In this document: positions 18,968-27,396 of the stretch, in pieces | Layout: the number at the start of each line of letters is the position of its first letter | How positions within the stretch are numbered: position 1 is the first letter of the stretch | Source: Chloroflexota bacterium | Lineage (GTDB): Bacteria > Chloroflexota > Limnocylindria > Limnocylindrales > CSP1-4 | DNA: 53,089 nucleotides | Assembly (NCBI GenBank): GCA_041691215.1 | Contig: JBEPVB010000002.1 | Coordinates: 1-53,089, forward strand | Direction: 5' to 3' | The notes under the pieces: model-generated | Told to the model about the DNA's origin: nothing | Database searches by the model: none | What the model saw: only the letters and a program-made list of their open reading frames with translations | Position numbers and translations under genes: made by a program

Positions 18968-20491
18968 ATGGCAGAGACCGAGCGGCCGTTCCCGCCGGGC
19001 GAATATCCGGTCATCGTCGTGGGCTCCGGCCCGGGCGGGCTCCAGATCTCGTACGAGCTGAGCCGCTTCGGCATCGCTCATGCGGTGCTCTCGGCGGACC
19101 CGGGGCCGGGCGGCATGTTCCGCCGCTGGCCGTTCTTCCAGCGCCTGCTGTCGTGGACCAAGCCCTACGCGCCGGCGGATCGCCAGACGCGGGCCTTCGA
19201 ACGCTGGGACTGGAACAGCCTCCTGACCCGGGAGCCGGAGCTCCGCGGGATCCAGGTGGAGTTCATGGACGGCTCGTCGGACTTTCCCTCGCGGCCCGAG
19301 ATGGAGGCCAACCTGGCCGCCTTCGCCGACCGGGCCGGCGTCGCGGTCCGCTACGGCTGCCGATGGCAGTCGACGCGCCGCGAGGCCACCGCGTCCGGGG
19401 ATCACTTCACCCTCGTGACGAGCGATGGCGAGTACACCTGCGAGCACCTGATCATGGCCGTCGGCGTGGCCGAGCCCTACACGCCGCCCAGCCCGGGCAT
19501 CGAGCTGGCCGTCCACTACGCCGAGACCCGGGCCGCCGAGACCTATGCCGGCAAGCGCCTGTTCGTGATCGGCAAGCAGAACTCGGGCTTCGAGCTGGCC
19601 TCGGGCCTCCTCCAGTGGGCGAGCCGGATCACGCTCTCGTCGCCGTCGCCGGCCAAGACCTCGATCGAGACGCGATCCCTGGTCGGCGTCCGGGCTCGCT
19701 ACGTCCAGCCGTTCGAGGACTCGATCCTGGGCGGCGGCGTCGATATCCTGGCCGCCAAGCTCGAGGGCATCACGGCGGTCCCAGGCGGGCTTCGGGTGGA
19801 CCTCAGGCGCAGCGACACTGGCATGCCGGTCAGCCTCGAAGCCGACGAGGTCATCGCCGCGACCGGCTTCACCTGCCCGCTCCTCGACCTTCCGGAGCTC
19901 GGCGTGGCGACCTTTGGCCAGAGCAAGCTTCCCGCCCAGACCGCCTTCTGGGAGAGCGCCACGGTGCCCGGCATCCACTTTGCCGGCACGATCGGGCAGG
20001 GCGCCCCAGGGCTCAAGAAGCACGGCATCCCGGCCAACTCGGGGGCCGTCCACGGCGCCCGCTACAACGCCCGCATCCTGGCCCGGCGCCTGGCCGAGAC
20101 GTCCTTTGGGATCACCGTCGAGGATCCGCCGGTCGCCCTGGGCGAGCTGCGCTCGTACCTCCTCGCCGAGCTGACCAACGCGCCCGAGCTGTGGCACCAG
20201 AAGGCCTACCTGGCCCGCGTCGTGAGCGTCTCGCCCGACGACGGGATCCGCGATCGGGGCATCCAGCCGTTGACCCATTTCCTCGACTCGGAGGGACCCG
20301 ACGCGATCGCCACGACCATCGAGTCCGATGGCCAGGGCGGCATCTACCCGGTCGCCTACGTGCGTCGGGCGGGCCGGGTGGAGGAGCGGGCCTTCGAGCC
20401 CCACCCCCTCCACGACTTCGAGGGTGCCGACTACCGCCGCGACCTTGGCGCGCTCCTGGACCTCATCGCCCCGGGCGCTTCGTCCGCGTGA
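18968..20491 (+). CDS. FAD/NAD(P)-binding oxidoreductase (pyridine nucleotide-disulfide / flavin monooxygenase-like) with extra C-terminal domain
   Basis: VIVVGSGPGGLQISYEL dinucleotide-binding motif and a second Rossmann motif RLFVIGKQNSGFELA. About 170 aa of C-terminal domain that I do not recognise. Confidence 0.8.
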   Translation: MAETERPFPPGEYPVIVVGSGPGGLQISYELSRFGIAHAVLSADPGPGGMFRRWPFFQRLLSWTKPYAPADRQTRAFERWDWNSLLTREPELRGIQVEFMDGSSDFPSRPEMEANLAAFADRAGVAVRYGCRWQSTRREATASGDHFTLVTSDGEYTCEHLIMAVGVAEPYTPPSPGIELAVHYAETRAAETYAGKRLFVIGKQNSGFELASGLLQWASRITLSSPSPAKTSIETRSLVGVRARYVQPFEDSILGGGVDILAAKLEGITAVPGGLRVDLRRSDTGMPVSLEADEVIAATGFTCPLLDLPELGVATFGQSKLPAQTAFWESATVPGIHFAGTIGQGAPGLKKHGIPANSGAVHGARYNARILARRLAETSFGITVEDPPVALGELRSYLLAELTNAPELWHQKAYLARVVSVSPDDGIRDRGIQPLTHFLDSEGPDAIATTIESDGQGGIYPVAYVRRAGRVEERAFEPHPLHDFEGADYRRDLGALLDLIAPGASSA

Positions 20492-20874
20492 GCTCCCTCC
20501 CACGGGCCACTGACGAGGCCCGAGCACGCCTTCGCCACCGTGGCACCGGGCGCTCGCTGGTCATCGACTTCTACGCCGCTCGGTGCTGCACGAGCGGCCT
20601 CATCGGGGATCTCGAGACGCGCTGGCTCGACGAGGCCTCCTCGTCGGACGCCCAGCCGCTCGGCGTGATCGAGGGCGTCCCGATCCTGGCGGATCGGCGG
20701 CTCCTGGGCCTCCTTGCCGGAGGAGCCGAACTGGTGCGCGCCGGGCCCGTCTTCGCCAGGTCGATCGGCGTTCGGCTCGACCATCCCGAGGCCTGGCTCG
20801 ACTTCCTCGACACCCCCGCTGCCCGCCGCCCGTTCAGGCCGGCGAGCCAGCGCCACGGGGCGGCCGGGACCTGA
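20488..20874 (+). CDS. Small hypothetical protein with a vicinal Cys-Cys motif
   Basis: GTG 20488 overlaps the upstream stop (GTGA). VIDFYAARCCTSGLIGDLE...IEGVPILADRRLL. Possibly the CC/Se-motif family, but that assignment is weak. Confidence 0.5.
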   Translation: MSSLPRATDEARARLRHRGTGRSLVIDFYAARCCTSGLIGDLETRWLDEASSSDAQPLGVIEGVPILADRRLLGLLAGGAELVRAGPVFARSIGVRLDHPEAWLDFLDTPAARRPFRPASQRHGAAGT

Positions 20875-20876
20875 GC

Positions 20877-21491
20877 GTGCTGGCCTCGTTCATCGCCGGC
20901 GCCGTTGCCGGCTATGCCATCGCGATCCCGGTCGGGGCGATCGCCGTGCTCATCGTCGAGATCGGGATCCGGCGGGGCTTCCGGACCGCCGCCGCGGCGG
21001 GTGCCGGCGCGGCCTCGGCCGATGGCCTCTACGCGGGCCTGGCCACGGTCGGCGGCGCGGCGATCGCCGGAATCCTCGAGCCCTTGGCTCGTCCGCTCAA
21101 GGTCATCGCTATCGGCGCGCTGCTCGGCATCGGGCTCCGAGGCCTGATCCACCTGCTCCTCGGACCGCGTGGCGTGGCCGGCAACGCCGAGCTCCCGGCC
21201 CGGCCGATCGCGACGTATCTGCGCTTCCTGGCCCTGACCCTCCTGAACCCGGCGACGGTCATCTACTTCGCGGCCCTGATCCTGGCCCTGCCGAATCTCG
21301 GCCGTGGCCCAGCAGAGCGGGCCGCTTTCGTGGCCGGCGCGTTCCTCGCTTCCCTGTCGTGGCAGACGACCCTGGCGGGGGTCGGCGCGGTGGCGCATCA
21401 GCGGCTGCCACCGCGGTTCCAGGTCGCGATCAGCCTCCTTGGCAACCTCGTGATCGTCGGCTTCGCGATCCTCCTGGCCCGGGATCTGTAG
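20877..21491 (+). CDS. LysE family amino-acid/metabolite exporter
   Basis: GTG 20877 lies 2 nt after the upstream stop. Six hydrophobic helices. Motifs: GAVAGYAIAIPVGAIAVL, LLNPATVIYFAAL. Confidence 0.8.
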   Translation: MLASFIAGAVAGYAIAIPVGAIAVLIVEIGIRRGFRTAAAAGAGAASADGLYAGLATVGGAAIAGILEPLARPLKVIAIGALLGIGLRGLIHLLLGPRGVAGNAELPARPIATYLRFLALTLLNPATVIYFAALILALPNLGRGPAERAAFVAGAFLASLSWQTTLAGVGAVAHQRLPPRFQVAISLLGNLVIVGFAILLARDL

Positions 21492-21501
21492 AGTCGCGGC
21501 C

Positions 21502-22677
21502 GTGGAGCGCGAGTGGGACGCGATCGTGATCGGCCTCGGCGGGTTCGGCTCGGCGGCCGCCTACTGGCTCTCGACCCGCCCCGGCGTCCGGGTCCTGGGC
21601 CTCGAGCAGTTCGAGTTCGATCACCCCAACGGCGCGTCGCAGGATCACTCCCGGATCATCCGGCTGTCATACCACCGCCGTGACTACGTTCGCCTCGCCA
21701 GGCGGGCGTATGCGACGTGGGCCGAGGTCGAGGCCGCCTCGGGCGCCCGGATCGTCACCAGGACCGGCGGCATCGACCTGTATCCGGCCGGCGGCGTCAC
21801 CGACCAGGCGGCCTACACGGGCAGCCTCGCCGCCGAGGGCGTGCCGTTCGAGCGCCTCGATGCCGCCGAGACGATGCACCGCTGGCCGCAGTGGCGCCTG
21901 GACGCCGACACCGCGGTCGTCTTCCAGGCGGACGCCGGGATCGCCGATCCGAGCCGGGGCAATCCTGTTCACCGAGCGCTTGCGATTGCCAACGGCGCGA
22001 CGCTCCGGGAGCGGACCCCGGTGACGGCGGTCCGCGAGGCCGGCGGCGAATTCGAGGTCGTCGTGGCCGACGGGACGGTCCACCGGACAGGCCGCGTCGT
22101 GATCACGGCCGATGCCTGGACCAACGAGATCCTGGCGGGCCTGGGGCGACGCCTGCCGCTCACGATCACCCGCGAGCAGGTCACCTACTTCGCCTGCCCC
22201 GACCCCGCTGCCTTCGCGCCGGACCGCTTTCCCGTCTGGATCTGGATGGACGAGCCGTCGTTCTACGGCTTTCCGACGTACGGCGAGGCCGGTCCGAAGG
22301 CAGCCCAGGACGCCGGCGGCGAGGAGATCACGCTCGCGACCCGGACGTTCGACGTGAACCGGGTGATGCACGCCCGTCTCAGCGCCTTCCTCGAGCGCCA
22401 CCTGCCCGGCGCGGTCGGTCCGGACATCCGGACCAAGACCTGCATCTACACCCTGACTCCGGAACGCGACTTCGTCATCGATCGGCTGCCCGACCATCCC
22501 GGGGTGAGCCTCGCCCTGGGCTGCGGGCACGGCTTCAAGTTCGCCTCGGTCGTGGGCCGGATCCTGTCCGAGCTGGCGATCGAGGGGACGACGCCATCGG
22601 CTGGCGAGATCGAAGCCTTTCGGGTGGACCGGCCGCTGCTCCTGGAGGAGCACCCGCCAACGAACTTCCGAATCTAG
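21502..22677 (+). CDS. FAD-dependent sarcosine / N-methyl-L-tryptophan oxidase-like oxidoreductase
   Basis: DAIVIGLGGFGSAAAYWL dinucleotide motif, SQDHSRIIR, and C-terminal GCGHGFKFASVVG (position of the covalent-flavin Cys in monomeric sarcosine oxidases). Confidence 0.85.
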   Translation: MEREWDAIVIGLGGFGSAAAYWLSTRPGVRVLGLEQFEFDHPNGASQDHSRIIRLSYHRRDYVRLARRAYATWAEVEAASGARIVTRTGGIDLYPAGGVTDQAAYTGSLAAEGVPFERLDAAETMHRWPQWRLDADTAVVFQADAGIADPSRGNPVHRALAIANGATLRERTPVTAVREAGGEFEVVVADGTVHRTGRVVITADAWTNEILAGLGRRLPLTITREQVTYFACPDPAAFAPDRFPVWIWMDEPSFYGFPTYGEAGPKAAQDAGGEEITLATRTFDVNRVMHARLSAFLERHLPGAVGPDIRTKTCIYTLTPERDFVIDRLPDHPGVSLALGCGHGFKFASVVGRILSELAIEGTTPSAGEIEAFRVDRPLLLEEHPPTNFRI

Positions 22678-22688
22678 GTGCGCAGGCG

Positions 22689-22708
22689 CGCGCCGGGCCC
22701 GCGGCGCG
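22689..22708. terminator. GC hairpin between convergent genes
   Basis: CGCGCCG-GGCCCG-CGGCGCG (7-bp stem) between the oxidase stop (22677) and the aquaporin stop (22716). Confidence 0.3.
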
Positions 22709-22715
22709 AGGGCGC

Positions 22716-23357
22716 CTACTCCTCGGCGAGGAAGCGGTAGGCCAGCCAGCCGATGACCGCACCGATGAACGGCGCCGTCAGGTAGATCCAGATGGCGGCG
22801 AAGTCGAGCGAGACAAGCGCCGGCCCCAGCGCCCGAGCGGGATTCACCGAGGCGCCGCTCAGCGGGATCCCGGCCGCATGGATCGCCACCAGGGCCAGGG
22901 GGATGACGAGGATCGCGTGGCCCGCATCGCGCTTGGTTACGCTGAGGATCACGGCGATGAAGATGGCCGTCAGGACCACCTCGACGAGGAATGCCCCGCC
23001 ATCACCGACGGCGCCGGGCATGTTCTTGGTCCCCGCAACGGCGGTCTTGTCGCTCAGGGCGAGGATCACGCCCGAGGCAACGACCGCGCCAACGACCTGG
23101 GCGACGGCATAGCCGATCGCGTTCGTGGCATCGATGCGTTTATCCAGGAACGCCGCCAGGGTCACCGCGGGGTTGAAATGACCGCCCGAGACGTGGCCGG
23201 AAACCGCGATGGCCGCCACCAGGGCGAGGCCGAAGCCGATGGGGACAACGACGAGGACGGGTGCCGCGGCGGCCTTGGCCGAGAGGATCGCCATCGATCC
23301 GATGACCACGAGGATGAACGTGCCGAGCGCCTCGGCGATCAGCTTGCGCGTGTCCAC
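22716..23357 (-). CDS. MIP-family channel (aquaporin/aquaglyceroporin)
   Basis: Two NPA boxes (GGHFNPAVTLA, GASVNPARALGP). Start at GTG 23357, preceded by GGGAGG. The longer ORF to 23441 overlaps the aldolase gene. Confidence 0.92.
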   Translation of the reverse strand: MDTRKLIAEALGTFILVVIGSMAILSAKAAAAPVLVVVPIGFGLALVAAIAVSGHVSGGHFNPAVTLAAFLDKRIDATNAIGYAVAQVVGAVVASGVILALSDKTAVAGTKNMPGAVGDGGAFLVEVVLTAIFIAVILSVTKRDAGHAILVIPLALVAIHAAGIPLSGASVNPARALGPALVSLDFAAIWIYLTAPFIGAVIGWLAYRFLAEE

Positions 23358-23397
23358 GTTGCCTCCCTCAGTCCGATGCCAGCCGGCGACGCCGGCA

Positions 23398-24099
23398 TCA
23401 TATCGAGCGGACGCGAGCGGCCCGGAGCAGGATCGCATCACGCGTGGTGCGGCAGAGGACCTCGACGAGCTCCAGGCGATCCACGGCGGCGATGAGGGCG
23501 GCCTCGAGCACGGACGCGGGCATCACCCCTGGATCGGCGGAGCGGCTGGCTCCCTCCACGGGCGAGGTGCCGACGGCGATCGCCCCGTGCCGCTCCAGGA
23601 TCACGGCGACGGGTCGTGGCTCGGAGCCGGCGAAGGCGCCGGCCACCCTCGCGGCAAGCTCTTCGCTGCCCATCGCCCCGAACGGCACGACCGGCAGGAC
23701 GCCCAGGTGATGGGCGGTCTCGGGCAGGGCAGCCGGGTCCGGGGCCTCACCGGCGAGGGTCAGGGCCATCGAGGCCGGGAGGTGGGCATGGACGACCGCC
23801 ACCACGTCCGGCCGGGCGCCGTAGATCGCGCGGTGGATGGCGATGTCGGAGCTCGGAGGTGAGCCCATGGGCGCGGGACCGGTGGCCGGATCCAGCGCCA
23901 CGAGAGCAAGATCGTTCGGCCCCAGCTCGTCCTTGCGCCGCCCGGTCGGCGTCGCGAGCAGGCGGCCACCGGCGAGCCGGAGCGATAGATTGCCCTCACC
24001 GGCGCTGATCAGGCCCCGCGCCCCGAGGCGCCTGCCAGCGGCGCAGATGGCAGCGCGGAGAAGCCCCTCGTCGATCCGGGTCCCGGCATCTCGCTCCAT
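23398..24099 (-). CDS. Class II aldolase/adducin-family protein
   Basis: GEGNLSLRL, SSDIAIHRAIY, VVAVVHAHLP (metal His cluster), LERHGAIAVG. Confidence 0.85.
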   Translation of the reverse strand: MERDAGTRIDEGLLRAAICAAGRRLGARGLISAGEGNLSLRLAGGRLLATPTGRRKDELGPNDLALVALDPATGPAPMGSPPSSDIAIHRAIYGARPDVVAVVHAHLPASMALTLAGEAPDPAALPETAHHLGVLPVVPFGAMGSEELAARVAGAFAGSEPRPVAVILERHGAIAVGTSPVEGASRSADPGVMPASVLEAALIAAVDRLELVEVLCRTTRDAILLRAARVRSI

Positions 24100-24154
24100 C
24101 GAGCGATGGTAGCGCCGCGGATCGGGCCCCCGGCGCCAACCTGGGACGGGGCCG

Positions 24155-24301
24155 TCAGGCGGCGAGGAGGGCAGCTCGGGGTTCGGGATCCGTCACGTCC
24201 CACTCGACGGCGCACTCGTCGCAGCGAACGACGCTGGCAGCCGGGAGGTCAGTGGCGATCGAGGTGTCGCAGCCGGGGCAGTCGATGTTCGTCATGGGCA
24301 T
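24155..24301 (-). CDS. Small zinc-ribbon protein (48 aa)
   Basis: MPMTNIDCPGCDTSIATDLPAASVVRCDECAVEWDV has two CxxC pairs and is GC3-rich. Below the ORF-track length cut-off as a separate entry; read from the tail of ORF 24155-25282. Confidence 0.45.
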   Translation of the reverse strand: MPMTNIDCPGCDTSIATDLPAASVVRCDECAVEWDVTDPEPRAALLAA

Positions 24302-24315
24302 AGACTCGCCCGGTG

Positions 24316-24338
24316 TCGTGCCACCTTGCGTGGCACGA
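24316..24338. promoter_or_regulatory. Perfect 9-bp inverted repeat in a divergent promoter region (candidate operator or 5' UTR hairpin)
   Basis: TCGTGCCAC-CTTGC-GTGGCACGA, between the Zn-ribbon gene start (24301, -) and the ABC ATPase start (24377, +). Confidence 0.35.
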
Positions 24339-24376
24339 TTCGAGCCTGCTACGGGATCGGGAGAGGAAATCCTCGC

Positions 24377-25303
24377 GTGACCACTGCCGCCAGACCCGTC
24401 ATCGACGTCGTCGACCTCCGCAAGCGCTATGGCCGCGTCGAGGCGCTGGCCGGACTCACGATGACCGTCGGGCCGGGCGAGGTCTTCGGCTTCCTGGGGC
24501 CCAACGGGGCGGGCAAGACGACGACGGTCAAGCTCCTCCTGGGCCTTGCCCGGCCGAGCGGCGGTCGGGGCACGCTCCTGGGCGCCCCGCTCGGTGATCG
24601 CGAGGCGCGCCGACGGGTCGGCTACCTCCCGGAGCTCTTCCGCTTCCAACCCTGGCTTCGCGGGCGCGAGGTCCTCGCCCTCCACGCCGACCTCATCGGC
24701 CTGCCCTCCGTGGGGCGGGCGAAGACCTTCGACGACACCCTCGAGCTCGTCGGCCTTGCCGATCGCGCGGGCACGGCCGTGGGCGGCTTTTCCAAGGGCA
24801 TGCAGCAGCGCCTCGGCCTGGGCGTCGCCCTCCTCGGCGATCCGGCCCTGGTGATCCTCGACGAGCCGACGTCGGCGCTCGACCCGATCGGACGCATGGA
24901 TGTCCGAGGGATCCTCCGGACCGCCAAGGACCGCGGGGCGGCGATCTTCCTCAATTCCCACCTCCTCAGCGAGGTCGAGCAGGTCTGCGATCGGATCGCC
25001 ATCGTCGATCACGGCGTCGTCGTGGCCGAAGGCTCCCTCGCCAGCGTCCTCGGGGTCCAGGAGACGCGGGTCCGCTGCGAGGCCTTTGCCCCGTCCGACC
25101 TGGCGGCGCTGGCGCCCTTCGGGCCGGCCCGGGTCGATGGCCTCGATCTCGTCTTCAACGACCTGCCCACCGAACGGGTCCCGGACCTCGTCGTCGCCCT
25201 CGTCGGCCTGGGCGTCCGGATCCAGTCGATCAGCTCGGGCCGCGAATCCCTGGAGCAGCGCTTCCTCGAGCTCGTCGACCACCGGGCGGAGCCGGCCGCG
25301 TGA
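24377..25303 (+). CDS. ABC transporter ATP-binding protein (ABC-2/drug-exporter type)
   Basis: GTG 24377 has GGGAGAGGAAA upstream. Walker A GPNGAGKTT, signature FSKGMQQRL, Walker B LVILDEPTSALD. Confidence 0.9.
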   Translation: MTTAARPVIDVVDLRKRYGRVEALAGLTMTVGPGEVFGFLGPNGAGKTTTVKLLLGLARPSGGRGTLLGAPLGDREARRRVGYLPELFRFQPWLRGREVLALHADLIGLPSVGRAKTFDDTLELVGLADRAGTAVGGFSKGMQQRLGLGVALLGDPALVILDEPTSALDPIGRMDVRGILRTAKDRGAAIFLNSHLLSEVEQVCDRIAIVDHGVVVAEGSLASVLGVQETRVRCEAFAPSDLAALAPFGPARVDGLDLVFNDLPTERVPDLVVALVGLGVRIQSISSGRESLEQRFLELVDHRAEPAA

Positions 25304-26157
25304 TCACCATCGCCCGCCTGACAATCGGCGAAGCGGCCCGCCGCCGGGTGCTGTGGGTCCTCGTGATCCTCGCCCTGATCGCGGTCGGGATCACCGGCTG
25401 GGGGGTCGACCGGCTGGTGACGATCGCCCGGGCAAGCGGGACCCGGGAGGTGACCATCCAGCTCGGCGTCTCCCAGATCCTGATCTTCATCGCCTTCCAG
25501 TTCAGCTTCGTCCTGGCGATGACGGCCGCCTTCCTTGCCTCGCCGGCCATCGCCGGCGACCTTGAATCGGGTATCGCCCTGGCCCTTCTGGCGCGGCCGC
25601 TCCGCCGGGGCTCGTACCTCATGGGCCGCTGGCTGGGTCTTGCCATCGTCCTCGTCGCGTATGGCGCCGGCCAGGCCCTCCTGGCCATCGTCGTGGTCGG
25701 CCAGGTGTCGGGCTACAGCCCGCCGTCGGTGCTCCTGCCGATCGTCTACCTCTCGGCCGAGGGCCTGATCGTGCTCACCCTGAGCCTGCTGCTGTCGACG
25801 CGCCTGCCACCGATCGGGGCCGGGGCGATCGCGGTCGTCGCCTTCGGGCTGTCGTGGATGTCGGGCGCGATCGAGCGCGTCGGGATCGCCATCGCCGCCA
25901 GCAACCCGGGCGTGAACCTCGAGATCGTCGGCCAAGTCGGCCGGGCCCTGCTGCCAACCGACGGGCTCTGGCGCGGCGTGATCTACGGCCTCGAGCCGGG
26001 CATCGTGATCGCCGCCGCCAGCACCAATCCCCTGGCCGAAGCGAACCCCTTCTTCGCCTCGTCGCCCCCGACGCTCGCCTTCCTGGCCTGGGCCGTGGCC
26101 TGGGTCGTCATCGTGATCCTCATCGCCGCCTTCTCGCTGCGCCGCCGCGAGCTCTGA
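25300..26157 (+). CDS. ABC-2 type transporter permease
   Basis: GTGA overlap with the ATPase stop. Six hydrophobic segments. No soluble domain. Confidence 0.75.
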   Translation: MITIARLTIGEAARRRVLWVLVILALIAVGITGWGVDRLVTIARASGTREVTIQLGVSQILIFIAFQFSFVLAMTAAFLASPAIAGDLESGIALALLARPLRRGSYLMGRWLGLAIVLVAYGAGQALLAIVVVGQVSGYSPPSVLLPIVYLSAEGLIVLTLSLLLSTRLPPIGAGAIAVVAFGLSWMSGAIERVGIAIAASNPGVNLEIVGQVGRALLPTDGLWRGVIYGLEPGIVIAAASTNPLAEANPFFASSPPTLAFLAWAVAWVVIVILIAAFSLRRREL

Positions 26158-26180
26158 GCCCGCCCGCCGAACTCCGGCCC

Positions 26181-26798
26181 TCAACCCCGATAGCGGAAGC
26201 AGCCCGGCAGGTGGTCGTCCACGAGGCCGACGCTCTGCATGAAGGCGTAGACGACGGTCGAGCCGACGAACTTGAAGCCCCGCCGCTTCAGGTCCAGGGA
26301 CAGGGCGTCAGAGACCTCGGTTGTGGCCGGGATCTGGCCCGGGACCGCCGACCGGGGCAGGGGCGTGGCCGGGCCGGGCACCATGGTGGCGAGGTAGGCG
26401 TCGAAGGACCCGACCTCGGCGGCAACGGCAAGGAGCGCCGCCGCGTTTGCGACGGTGGCCTCGATCTTGGCCCGATTGCGGACGATCCCGGCATCGGCCA
26501 TGAGTCGCGCCCGCTCGTCTTCCCCGTAAGCGGCGATCGCGGGTGGATCGAAGCCCCCCAACGCTTCCCGGAACGCGTCTCGCTTGTTGAGGATCGTCTG
26601 CCACGACAGCCCGGCCTGGAAGGTTTCCAGGACGAGGCGCTCGAAGAGGTCGACGTCATCGTGGACGGGGACGCCCCATTCGGTGTCGTGGTAGGCGACC
26701 ATGCGGGGGTCCGCCTGGGCCCCGGGACCCCACCAGCAGCGCGGCAGCTCGTCCATGTCCGCGAAGGATAGGCGGGCCGCCGGGTACGCTGGGCCCAT
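26181..26798 (-). CDS. tag: DNA-3-methyladenine glycosylase I
   Basis: RCWWG, YHDTEWGVPVHDD, LFERLVLETFQAGLSWQTILNKR, FKFVGSTVVYAFMQSVGLVDDH. By comparison with other Tag N-termini the start may be ATG 26756 (MDELPRCWW). Confidence 0.9.
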   Translation of the reverse strand: MGPAYPAARLSFADMDELPRCWWGPGAQADPRMVAYHDTEWGVPVHDDVDLFERLVLETFQAGLSWQTILNKRDAFREALGGFDPPAIAAYGEDERARLMADAGIVRNRAKIEATVANAAALLAVAAEVGSFDAYLATMVPGPATPLPRSAVPGQIPATTEVSDALSLDLKRRGFKFVGSTVVYAFMQSVGLVDDHLPGCFRYRG

Positions 26799-27318
26799 GC
26801 CACCCAGGATCTACCTCGGCCACGGCGCCAGCGGGACCGCCGCCTCGATGGCCCCGTTCGTGGCGGGACTCGAACGACGGGGCATTCCGGCGACCGCCGT
26901 CGACCTGCCCAAGCGCCGGGCGGAGGATACCGTGCCAGTCTGGCGGGCGGCCGTCCCCGACGGATCCGGGGCCGCGGCAGGCGGCCATTCTTTCGGCGGC
27001 CGGGTGGCGAGCCTCGCGGCGGCCGAGCCCGGGACGGGCTACGTGGCCCTCATCCTGTTCTCGTATCCCCTCCATCCACCTGGGGCGCCCGAGCGGGGCC
27101 CGGCCCGGGTCGCTCACTGGCCGAAGATCGACTGCCCGGTCCTCCTGCTGTCGGGGGAGTCCGATCCCTTCGCCCGGATCGAGCTCCTGCGAGCCGCCAT
27201 GCCCCTCCTCCGCCAGGCTGAGCTGGTGAGCTATCCGAGGCTCGGCCACACCCTCAAGCCGGTCCTCGAGGACGTCCTGGATCGGGTCGCGGCGTTCCTC
27301 CAGGCGGTTCGCGGCTGA
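26797..27318 (+). CDS. Alpha/beta hydrolase (dienelactone hydrolase / KANL3-Tex30-like)
   Basis: ATG 26797 (MPPRIYLGHGASG). GHSFGG nucleophile elbow, LLLSGESDPF, RLGHTL. Confidence 0.75.
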   Translation: MPPRIYLGHGASGTAASMAPFVAGLERRGIPATAVDLPKRRAEDTVPVWRAAVPDGSGAAAGGHSFGGRVASLAAAEPGTGYVALILFSYPLHPPGAPERGPARVAHWPKIDCPVLLLSGESDPFARIELLRAAMPLLRQAELVSYPRLGHTLKPVLEDVLDRVAAFLQAVRG

Positions 27319-27396
27319 GGCGGCCCGGCTGAGGTTGCCTGGGCACACCAGGGCGGCGTATCCTCATGCTTCGCGATACCTCTTGGAGGGGGTCTA

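Noticed and set aside
24155-24301. LysW/ArgW amino-group carrier protein.
   Set aside because: The zinc-ribbon layout is similar, but the C-terminus ends ...RAALLAA rather than the acidic Glu-terminated tail needed for carrier function. No lysX/Y/Z/J/K genes are nearby.
26754-26799. Divergent tag and hydrolase genes apparently sharing overlapping start codons (CATG at 26796-26799).
   Set aside because: Probably an artefact of taking the longest ORF. Tag homologues start a few residues before the RCxW motif, which favours ATG 26756 and leaves a normal 40-bp divergent spacer.
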